A DNA stretch of 64,000 nt. Origin: a virus (lineage: Duplodnaviria > Caudoviricetes). Of this stretch, positions 56,701-64,000 are shown in pieces. The stretch is taken from positions 32,001 to 96,000 of the IMG/VR virus record IMGVR_UViG_3300047491_000255; one strand, 5' to 3'. A program made the translations under genes and the position numbers. The notes below the pieces were generated by a model. That model did no database searches. It had not been told where the DNA came from and saw nothing but the letters and a program-made list of their open reading frames with translations. The stretch's first letter is position 1. Every line of letters starts with the position of its first letter.

Positions 56701-57940
56701 CTGTAACCGGGTTTCCCATTCCTGACGGGAGTATGCCTCCTGTCCCTGCACCAGCCAACAAAACTTGAGAAAGCGTAGGCGTATTACCACCACCTACACC
56801 TCCTGATGTGATTGCTCCTCTACGAATCATAAACCTTCGATCTAGCCAGTATGTCGAATTAGTCCTAAGCGACGTATCATTTCCCTTGAATACATAAGCA
56901 GTCGTCAATGGGATATAAGGCGTAAAACCAGGAGGCAGATCAGGGTCATTGCCGGCAATTGCTTGTGTGTCATTCGTGTAGCTACGATCTGGAGTTATCC
57001 ACGTCAATTGTCCAGAGCCAGCAATTGATACAAATACTCCACGATACCAACTTGAAGTATTGCACGGCACAATATTTGTACCATTATCCCATCTGCCCAC
57101 AGGAAATTTATTTGTCACAATCCTAGTCCACACACCTCCGACATGTCCATAATACGACATGGAATTCGATACTGAAAAATCAATTCTTGTATGATCCAAT
57201 CTATCAGCCATGTTATGATATTCGATACCAGAATCAGACACGATATTTGTTAGATTTGTGCCAGTCGGATATACCAACAAACCTTCCGTAATTATCGACG
57301 GCATAATATTGGCAAACGCAACATCTCCTGAAAGTGATTCGTCTCCAACCGGCATAGCGGTTCCAACATGAATAATCCTGCCTAATGATGTCACAAATGT
57401 TGCCAGATAGATATTGCCTTCTGCTCTTGGTCTTGACCCTGTCGTCCATTGAACAAGTGTGGTATCATTAGTAGACCAATAAGCATAGTTCACCGCATTA
57501 TCCGTCAAGCCGTGTGTTCCGGGATCAAGATGAAAATACCCTCGAATCGGCTCATATACATCACCATTTGAATATGATACTGTCAGATTTGTCGAGTTAT
57601 ATGAAAACACAGGCAAATCACGAGCCAGACCACGATCCGCTGTATCCTCGATAAACTCCTCTAATGTGTATCCTCCTAAAGCTCCTATCTTGCGAATGCC
57701 TTCCGATCCGGGAGTCGTATCTCCAATATATCCAATCGTCACAGCCGAAGCCGAACTCGTGGACGAACCCGTCATTAAGAAATTAGATGCTGTGACCGAA
57801 ACAAGATTTGTGAAACTTGATCTGTTTCCATCAGCATCACCAATCAATTTCAGACTTTGGATAGGAGTAGACCCTGCTCCAAGAACTGAAACGACACACC
57901 CCATCAAAAACGATACAGCCAATACAATTTTATTTCTCAT
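53714..57940 (-). CDS. Large fibre/spike-like protein with signal-peptide-like N-terminus
   Basis: MRNKIVLAVSFLMGCVVSVLGA; YVDPVNGDD...PFKTIQAAI beta-helix cap; ETNRAIVAE coiled repeats; C1q-like C-terminus. Confidence 0.75.
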   Translation of the reverse strand: MRNKIVLAVSFLMGCVVSVLGAGSTPIQSLKLIGDADGNRSSFTNLVSVTASNFLMTGSSTSSASAVTIGYIGDTTPGSEGIRKIGALGGYTLEEFIEDTADRGLARDLPVFSYNSTNLTVSYSNGDVYEPIRGYFHLDPGTHGLTDNAVNYAYWSTNDTTLVQWTTGSRPRAEGNIYLATFVTSLGRIIHVGTAMPVGDESLSGDVAFANIMPSIITEGLLVYPTGTNLTNIVSDSGIEYHNMADRLDHTRIDFSVSNSMSYYGHVGGVWTRIVTNKFPVGRWDNGTNIVPCNTSSWYRGVFVSIAGSGQLTWITPDRSYTNDTQAIAGNDPDLPPGFTPYIPLTTAYVFKGNDTSLRTNSTYWLDRRFMIRRGAITSGGVGGGNTPTLSQVLLAGAGTGGILPSGMGNPVTDDQGASKGYVDSIRNKASTGTAYVDPVNGDDVTGRIEKGSLPFKTIQAAINACAVVASDTRRFLVLCSIGTYKENVTMKPFISLRGLDIEATIIEGQVSWPATYVDTKGTELQIITVTMTNAPACVINAGSDASYIGLRSCALYSTYTVDVAVKSVVQISRGNAELYASCWIELISADIASQKPSCLYYLTTDGANVGKYLINAFSSSHVMRIADLNDTVMMVYCNATTESFFASKNDATIMHLADSTNHVNKIITVAHKQASSESYIDSSVIDVNLSATNDCEVIAVSSTGSVSTSHVNLHSSTIIVPNIKVDHLYYGSSATASDKADVVNSQLGKFATAYPQRYTSDGSAGVLGYVIQHASGDLLLGGGLDLSAVDTGVNPQSGHVKIYASPYAGLEQPYFKDSSGNKLRIGRDSVFNGYNSSGTTMPVGTPVYRMSGLSPMATPIVGRCNASDPAKMPCSGIVVQQGGITNGGVGRVMFYGRTESYFNTAPFASGDNLYVSAVSDGVLTNVAPTTGIKQLVGWVHTSSTNGLLSIQIWEADFLSSSTVAWSSSNTNTVNALTVGGLTKEQLVAQTITYYVWGSLTGPYTNPISRLAQIASPSAESVRTNTYLSVTNGQFLGGLSVSTNESPRTLTKGMVYIHNNLETTSTNDCVIQGTLYIYESDQTTLVQRFDGELVHIMRDRSIHSYDLGISVTNDVMINDENRIMLFRTRLISGWAGDTIRALSQDGYLTRIVLTGPLTGVYASSTELRTEISNRVAGDTNLQAQVISETNRAIVAEGVLTSNLNTVNTNLGSRITAETNRAIVAEATIVINQNIINTNVQTQINLSTNRIKGLEDRSNVWNTASTPSRKFLANVGVTANQTFGSATAQVLYTNVVFNFGGTYSNSSTIARWIPGVSNVMVRIDGAMSVNGASQPVLFQIKLYKNGSLKSTMATRYVSSNNDDWAMPYNYVDMTTTASDFYEVFVTSDKAGQVMLGSGADNWWSGRIVD

Positions 57941-57945
57941 ACTCT

Positions 57946-58401
57946 TTACTCCACCGCTATGAACCATAATTTATATCCCGAACTTGATGCCGGAGCTGAT
58001 AAGTCAGCCGCAAATCCACTTGCTGTGATAGTTGATTCTCTTACCGTTGCAAACAGATTATCTCCCCCGTCAGGTTTCGTGACGACTACTGCAATCTTGG
58101 TTGGAACAAATCCCCATGATGCAGAAACATTCACATAATTATTGCCAGAAGTGATCGCCATCGATCCGCCTTGAATATTCGACACACCTGGAATAGATGG
58201 ATCAGTGATAATCCCAACAAATTGAAGATATGCCTCTCCATCCACCGATTCTACCCAATCCCAAAATGCTTGGTTTGAATACTGGACACCATCAATCAGA
58301 ACACTCGTCCTAGATTCGATCTTCCCTACCGTATCAGACACATGAAGTCTAATTCCAAGCACTGGACTGGAGAACTCGTTTGTAACAACAAATACTCTCA
58401 T
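57946..58401 (-). CDS. Structural protein with C-terminal beta domain
   Basis: C-terminal domain similar to the insert in 15036..15815. Confidence 0.65.
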   Translation of the reverse strand: MRVFVVTNEFSSPVLGIRLHVSDTVGKIESRTSVLIDGVQYSNQAFWDWVESVDGEAYLQFVGIITDPSIPGVSNIQGGSMAITSGNNYVNVSASWGFVPTKIAVVVTKPDGGDNLFATVRESTITASGFAADLSAPASSSGYKLWFIAVE

Positions 58402-58403
58402 GA

Positions 58404-58802
58404 TTATGCCCCTTCGATATTGTCATTTCCAGCCTGACGCTCACGATTGGCAAGATTGACAGGATTGACAGTATCCTGTGTGCTATTAGCACCAGAAACA
58501 CCCTCTTCCGTCCGAGTCTCGACCCTCGTTCCAGTCACTACCGGAGCAATAACAGTCTGATCTGATATGATATTCCTGCCCAGTTTTACAACACGAGTAC
58601 GATCCATCTTCACTGGACCAGCCGCCTCGCCATCAAAGGCGGGCGTTCCTGTGGGGATGCGATGATCCTTGGGCCAGTTCATGTCACCCGCTAATCCAGT
58701 CGCCTTGCCCGGCGTAAAATTGACTCTAGAAGCCTGTGACGGAGCAAGTTGCCCTACAGAAATATCACCAGAAACTATTGCTACTCTATCATTCGTTGCC
58801 AT
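58404..58802 (-). CDS. Hypothetical protein
   Basis: AGGAGG RBS before ATG 58802. Confidence 0.65.
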   Translation of the reverse strand: MATNDRVAIVSGDISVGQLAPSQASRVNFTPGKATGLAGDMNWPKDHRIPTGTPAFDGEAAGPVKMDRTRVVKLGRNIISDQTVIAPVVTGTRVETRTEEGVSGANSTQDTVNPVNLANRERQAGNDNIEGA

Positions 58803-58815
58803 AATCAATCCTCCT

Positions 58816-59118
58816 TCATTTTCCAAAAACCTGCATCACCTTGAGAATATCTGCTAGGTAAGGCTTAATAGCAGTCTCCATCAAGTCTTTCACTGCATCC
58901 ACACCAGCCTGTTCTGGCACACTTGCCGCCTTAATCTGTGGCAAATTTTCATCAATAACTGCCACAGCCGCTATGAAGGTATCTAGTGCCTGATCTACAT
59001 TCGCCAGAGCCACATCCTCATCTGGAGAAACCACTGCCGTCCTAACATGTGAAACCGAATCGCCTGTCATCTCAGCCGCCACATTATCAGTCATTTTAGC
59101 TATCCTTCTATCATTCAT
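58816..59118 (-). CDS. Hypothetical protein
   Basis: 100 aa, ATGA overlap with CCA gene stop. Confidence 0.65.
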   Translation of the reverse strand: MNDRRIAKMTDNVAAEMTGDSVSHVRTAVVSPDEDVALANVDQALDTFIAAVAVIDENLPQIKAASVPEQAGVDAVKDLMETAIKPYLADILKVMQVFGK

Positions 59119-60593
59119 GAAAACTTCTCCCGGAGTAATTGCTCGGCATCCTTTTCTGTCATCTCTCCACCTACCTGCTCAATATCAAACTTTTTATCCC
59201 TCAAGAACTTCATGGCCTCTCCTACTTGCTTGCCAGGCTTGATACCCAAAATCCTCTGTATATCCAACCCATCCACCGGCAATTCCTCTGCCTTCTCAAC
59301 ATGAACTTTCAAGGCTTCAATAGCTTTTCTCAGGTCAGGGACCATGTTTTGAACCGGATAATTACCTAACTCATCTGCCTCTGCCAAATCCAGCACCGCA
59401 TCTACCAGTTCGCCCCCAACTTCTCGAATGAACCTTCGTAAAGCAGAAGGTCCGACTTTCTCATTCCGAGTCAACATGTGAGGCCGCATATGATTTTCAA
59501 CTATTTTCCTCACCCGCATCACTGTAGCCGAATCAAACTTCAAACGTCGCATGATTCCCTCGGCTATCTCCCCACCCACCTTCTCATGCCCTATGAACCG
59601 AATTAGACCATCTATGACTTCCTGAGACTCTGGCTTGCCCACATCATGCAATAGAGCCGCAAGCTGATTATCAACTCCCGGCTTGGCATTCTGAAGAACC
59701 AATAAAGTATGACGTAGAACAGAGCCCTCTTGATGTTTTCCACGAGAATACTCATGCTCCACTCCCTGCATGGCCTGAATCTCCGGGAACACATACTGCA
59801 ACAACCCAACAGCCTTCATCAACTTAATAGCCTGAGCTAGTTTGCCGATCTCCATTATCTTAACCAGCTCTCCCCGAATCCTCTCCGCTGAAACAATGTT
59901 GATCCTCGAAGCATTTCTGCGAACCGCCTTCAATACTTCCATTGGGATGTTCCATCCATACTTTGCCTGAAAACGAATCAGCCGAATCATCCGAAGTGGG
60001 TCATCTCTCAATATCTTGTCAAAATCCACACCGGGATGCCCCCGGAGAACACCATTCTTCAAGTCTTTCACGCTTGTGCCTGTCAAGTCCAGTATCTCTC
60101 CGGTTGTCAAATCCTTGAGAAGCATATTGACGGTAAAGTCTCGACGCTCGACGTCTTCTTCGAGTGTTCCGTATTCCACTGTGCGTTGCCGACTATCTGG
60201 ATCAGGAAACATTTCCTTCTGCGTGTCTGCAAATTCGATCACAGCCCCACTTGTAGCAAATTGATCCCCATCATACTCAATGTCTTCTTTGAACGTAATT
60301 TGCCAAATCGGATAACCAGCACCCAACTGATGAGGATTCGTCGTCTCATTCGGGAATATCCGATGAATCCAAGCCGTCAATTTCTCGGCACCACCCTTCA
60401 TTTCAACAACTACGTCTAGGTCCTTAGCGTCCAATCCTAAAAGCTCATCACGAACATATCCTCCGACCCCATGCACTTTATTTGAAAATGGAGTTCCACG
60501 AAGAATGATCTTAAGAAGACGCTCTACTTCCTTCTCGGCGTTAGATGCCCGAAGTTCCTTTGCCATAGACATAATCTCTGCGATGATGTTCAT
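59115..60593 (-). CDS. cca: Class II tRNA nucleotidyltransferase (CCA-adding enzyme) with HD domain
   Basis: VGGYVRD..LG...KDLD, EDVERRDFTVN, DDPLRMIRLIRF, SAERIRGEL, LLHDVGK; no poly(A) polymerase GRRF-type signature seen. Confidence 0.93.
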   Translation of the reverse strand: MNIIAEIMSMAKELRASNAEKEVERLLKIILRGTPFSNKVHGVGGYVRDELLGLDAKDLDVVVEMKGGAEKLTAWIHRIFPNETTNPHQLGAGYPIWQITFKEDIEYDGDQFATSGAVIEFADTQKEMFPDPDSRQRTVEYGTLEEDVERRDFTVNMLLKDLTTGEILDLTGTSVKDLKNGVLRGHPGVDFDKILRDDPLRMIRLIRFQAKYGWNIPMEVLKAVRRNASRINIVSAERIRGELVKIMEIGKLAQAIKLMKAVGLLQYVFPEIQAMQGVEHEYSRGKHQEGSVLRHTLLVLQNAKPGVDNQLAALLHDVGKPESQEVIDGLIRFIGHEKVGGEIAEGIMRRLKFDSATVMRVRKIVENHMRPHMLTRNEKVGPSALRRFIREVGGELVDAVLDLAEADELGNYPVQNMVPDLRKAIEALKVHVEKAEELPVDGLDIQRILGIKPGKQVGEAMKFLRDKKFDIEQVGGEMTEKDAEQLLREKFS

Positions 60594-60687
60594 CTCACAC
60601 CTCTACTTTAACCGGAATCAATCTGTTCGGTACAATCTTTTGCATCATCCAATGCTCACTATATTTGTCAATCTTTGCAAATCCATT

Positions 60688-63660
60688 TCAGCTCCTACTC
60701 ATAGCTTCTCGGAGCGTTCTAGGAGACCTTGCCAGTTCAGACTTAGCCATAGACACGAAACTAGCCGTCTTCCCCTTCACCACCATCTCGAAGTAAAGTC
60801 CCTCGGCACACATCTCTGGTCTTGCCCCGACATCAATGAATGTCTGAATCATCTCTTCTCCCTTTGGCATACGAATCAGTTGATCTGCCGATTTTTGCAA
60901 TTCTTCCATACCAACAAAGTTCTTTTCAGATACTTTCTGGATGTCCGCCATAATATTCACCAAACTGTGTAAGACCTGACGATGATAGTTTTCCTCTGGG
61001 AGCATGAGTCCGAACATACCCGGCACATTAAAGTCCAATGGATGCACTTCCGGCATAGAAGCCTTAACATCTATATCAGGGTCACGTTCTTCGGGAGTCT
61101 TGTCCTTCGTCCGATACCGATCAATGGAATCAGAACGAGAGGGCTTCTGTTCTGGCTCACGCCGTCTTCCCTTAGATACTCCACCAGTATCTGTCATCAA
61201 ATCCTTGTCCTTCCTCCGGGTCTGTTGTCCCCTTGCCGCCGTAACATCTCTCTCATTGAACTCCCGATCCACACAGACATCTTCCTGTAGCGTAGTATCT
61301 CCGAGAAATGCTTTGGCTATCTTATCTGCCAATGCCGCAATAACCAGTCTACGAACGATCCTTGAAGATGCCGTCTTACCAGTCAGGAATGACATCTCCG
61401 ATTGAAGTAAAGGCCACATTCCTAGTTGTTTTGCCAATGCCCCCGGATCACCGGCACCATCATCGAATGCCTTCATAAGTTTCTTCCACTCCTCTTTGGA
61501 GAACTTCTCCTTAGCTGGCTCAATCGCCTTTTTGGCCTTTGATATGTCCTTCTCACTAGCCGGGGGAGGCGGATACATAAGCATAGAGGCACGACGCAAT
61601 TCCGTTCTGGCCGTCTTATTTGCAAAGTCACGCATTGCTGCCGTCTGAGGATCGTCCTCCTCGGCGAAACCGTCGATGTTTAATTGAAATGCGGGTTTTC
61701 CAGTATCCTTGCTCTTGAATATGGTATTCCCCCTCTTCCCTCGAACGGGTTGTCCGTCCAGCCCGTCTGCCATCTTATCGAACTGCCTGCATGCCACTTC
61801 ATCCCCAAACAACTGATCCACCATCTGTCCCTCAGACGAATATCTCATGTGGACAATCATCATCTTCTTGTCGGCATCGTATTTGAAGCCATCCAACTTA
61901 CCACTGAAGCGACTCAAGATGTCAGTTGTCGTGCTGAACTTACCTTCGCTCATCTCGTCGATTTGCGCATGAAGCGACTCCCTATCAGCCTCGTCGAACT
62001 CATCCCCGTCAACTACTTCGTGCATCTGATCCTTGATGTCATCTTGCAATTTTTTGTCGTCCGGCTTGGTTTGAGCGGCCAAATGTAACTTGCACGCCAA
62101 TTCAGTGGCCTTTGGACTTCTCAAGAACAAATCCTGCACCTTGTCATTACCAAAGAGAGAAGTATTGTCTGCAAGCCTAACCGCCGAAGAGACGGGATCA
62201 CTCTCCCATTCGTAATTCTGATCATCATGTGTGGCAATCATAGCACGAATCTTGTCACCATCTTCTCTTCCGAAGATCGTATCCATGCGTTCCTTCTCCT
62301 GACCGACCAGATTAACAGAATTCTCCTTATGCTTCTTGCCAATTGAGATGTTTGTTCCTACCTCTCCAACTGTATAGCCAATGTCGTGATCCACCATCGC
62401 TGCCAAAGCCATTAGCTTCTGCTTACCTGTGATCTTCATTCCACTGCCTTGAAGTTCTTTGAGCATATTCATTATGCTTTGGCAGTTTCCAGCGACATGC
62501 CGGATACCATGATCCCCCAACGACCTACGTCGAGCTTCAAGCTCCTGATGTAAGACCCTCTTGATACTCTCACGAACGAACTCGTCCAAGTCCCTCTGCT
62601 TGACATTTCCCATGGAACCATCACGAACTGCCTCGGCAATGGAATCCGAAATGCTGTCTACAAGCTTTTCTGCCATCGGACGAGAAACCGAACTCATAAC
62701 CTTCCCATACTTCTTTAAAACAGTCCTTCCATTCTCCCTCAATCTAGAAGTAAACTCTCCCATATTTCCCTTGGAGATGACATCTTCGCTATCATTTTTC
62801 GATTCTTCCACATCTTGATTATCATAAATATCCAAACTTGCCTTCATATTGTATTGCAGGGTAGCCGGAGAGACAGTGGTATAATCAAGCAATCCCTTGG
62901 AAGCAGCCAAACCTTCCGAAACGGCCCTGTCAACTCGACCCTTCTCGTCTGGAGAAAGTTGACCATACTTCTTTGCAGTCCCGTCAGGGAACTTGATTGT
63001 CACACCTTGCGTAAGTTGCGACTTGTCCAGTTTGTGAACCTTCCAGTCCTTTGCATCAGTTCCAAACTCATCAATCAACCGATCTTTAATGGCAACCTGA
63101 CGACTCGGTCCTGCTGGAACACGGGCAGGATGAGAATGCTCAAGAGGTTCTCCCGGCTCACGCTTCTCCTTCTTGTCCTCAGACACATTCTTGTCATCAG
63201 GCTTCTTCACATCTTTTTGTTTGTCGGGAGCCTTTACCGGAGGAGTTCCCTTCTCTACCTTTTGAGGCTTCCCCTTTTTCTCATCCGGCTTATTTGATGG
63301 AACCTTTGAATTGTCTTCGTCCTTGTCAGGACCACGCTTCTTGCCGTCATCCTTCTTGCTTTTACCCTTTCCATCATCCAAGATTTTAACCCTGGTTGTA
63401 GGCCTCATATCCACTGTCTGCTTATACTTCTCCAACTCATTACGGGTCATCTCCATTTCAGCAACCATACTACGGGAATGATCTGAGGCATCAAAGAGGT
63501 AGACAGTTCCATCCTTGTTGTCATCTTCTGACTGTTCATCGGCGGAATCCGACTGCTCGGTGTCAGAATTCTTCTGTTGCAGGAGTTTTTTGACCCTATC
63601 CCTGATCTGCTTCTTGACCTTTTCGTCAAGCTGTGCCCTCCGTAGAACCATTTTACTCAT
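60688..63660 (-). CDS. Large protein with HD-superfamily phosphohydrolase domain
   Basis: DHGIRH...VDHDIGY...H...IATHD...RLADN; Lys/Asp-rich disordered N-terminus. Confidence 0.75.
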   Translation of the reverse strand: MSKMVLRRAQLDEKVKKQIRDRVKKLLQQKNSDTEQSDSADEQSEDDNKDGTVYLFDASDHSRSMVAEMEMTRNELEKYKQTVDMRPTTRVKILDDGKGKSKKDDGKKRGPDKDEDNSKVPSNKPDEKKGKPQKVEKGTPPVKAPDKQKDVKKPDDKNVSEDKKEKREPGEPLEHSHPARVPAGPSRQVAIKDRLIDEFGTDAKDWKVHKLDKSQLTQGVTIKFPDGTAKKYGQLSPDEKGRVDRAVSEGLAASKGLLDYTTVSPATLQYNMKASLDIYDNQDVEESKNDSEDVISKGNMGEFTSRLRENGRTVLKKYGKVMSSVSRPMAEKLVDSISDSIAEAVRDGSMGNVKQRDLDEFVRESIKRVLHQELEARRRSLGDHGIRHVAGNCQSIMNMLKELQGSGMKITGKQKLMALAAMVDHDIGYTVGEVGTNISIGKKHKENSVNLVGQEKERMDTIFGREDGDKIRAMIATHDDQNYEWESDPVSSAVRLADNTSLFGNDKVQDLFLRSPKATELACKLHLAAQTKPDDKKLQDDIKDQMHEVVDGDEFDEADRESLHAQIDEMSEGKFSTTTDILSRFSGKLDGFKYDADKKMMIVHMRYSSEGQMVDQLFGDEVACRQFDKMADGLDGQPVRGKRGNTIFKSKDTGKPAFQLNIDGFAEEDDPQTAAMRDFANKTARTELRRASMLMYPPPPASEKDISKAKKAIEPAKEKFSKEEWKKLMKAFDDGAGDPGALAKQLGMWPLLQSEMSFLTGKTASSRIVRRLVIAALADKIAKAFLGDTTLQEDVCVDREFNERDVTAARGQQTRRKDKDLMTDTGGVSKGRRREPEQKPSRSDSIDRYRTKDKTPEERDPDIDVKASMPEVHPLDFNVPGMFGLMLPEENYHRQVLHSLVNIMADIQKVSEKNFVGMEELQKSADQLIRMPKGEEMIQTFIDVGARPEMCAEGLYFEMVVKGKTASFVSMAKSELARSPRTLREAMSRS

Positions 63661-63662
63661 GC

Positions 63663-64000
63663 CTATCCTCCTGCTTCATCAGCTACCGCCTGTAACGCCT
63701 CATCTATGTCTTGAGGCGAAGCGTCCGGGGGCAGACTATCTGCCACTTCCTTCGCAACGGCTTCAGGATCGGGCTGGGAGCCCTCTGTCTCAACCCCCTG
63801 ATCTTGACCCTGATCCGCTTCTTGCCCCCCGCCTTCGCCCTCTGGAGCCACTCCACCATCAGTCTGAGGCGTCTCTTCTCCCTGTTGTAACTCATCTCCT
63901 CCGCCTTCTCCTCCGCCTTCTTGAGGAGGACCACGGAATTTGAGTCCAAGATACTTCGATACTTTCTCAACAACGTCTGTCTGCTGAACAACCGCTCGAC
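63663..64000 (-). CDS. C-terminus of a gene truncated by the window edge
   Basis: Frame ending ...EALQAVADEAGG-stop, Gly/Glu-rich. Confidence 0.55.
   Translation of the reverse strand, partial: RAVVQQTDVVEKVSKYLGLKFRGPPQEGGGEGGGDELQQGEETPQTDGGVAPEGEGGGQEADQGQDQGVETEGSQPDPEAVAKEVADSLPPDASPQDIDEALQAVADEAGG

Noticed and set aside
1140-63943. Plus-strand ORFs in the track (e.g. 36159..37130, 17871..18590, 43951..44703, 30700..31326)
   Set aside because: Antisense shadows of well-supported minus-strand genes, with no recognisable motifs

Overview
A 64-kb segment of a large tailed dsDNA phage; nearly all genes lie on the - strand. It carries a virion module: a 2071-aa tape measure protein, three tail-tube-like paralogs with chaperone-like partners, neck/adaptor-like genes, an HK97-like major capsid protein, decoration, scaffold and prohead protease genes, and fibre/adhesin-like genes. 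Accessory enzymes include RecQ, two glycosyltransferases, two SAM methyltransferases, a class II CCA-adding enzyme, an HD-domain protein, a ferritin-domain fusion and a WYL-like protein. Two unusual systems stand out. (1) An RNA island (about 26.3-33.0 kb) contains a Ro60/TROVE gene, two 96-nt Y-RNA-like hairpins, an initiator-type tRNA-Met, a tmRNA and several unclassified structured RNAs; three of the RNAs sit behind rrn-type boxA motifs. One 338-nt RNA rebuilds the 23S rRNA GTPase-associated centre (H43 and H44, the uL11 site) from its two ends around a large insertion. (2) Two arrays of integron-type attC cassettes (22.2-22.7 kb and 29.2-31.3 kb) have ORFs running antisense to the attC orientation, starting and stopping inside the attC sites, with the crossover AAC read as an in-frame Asn codon. 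No integrase is present in the window. All calls come from manual inspection of sequence and translations; no database searches or folding programs were run.
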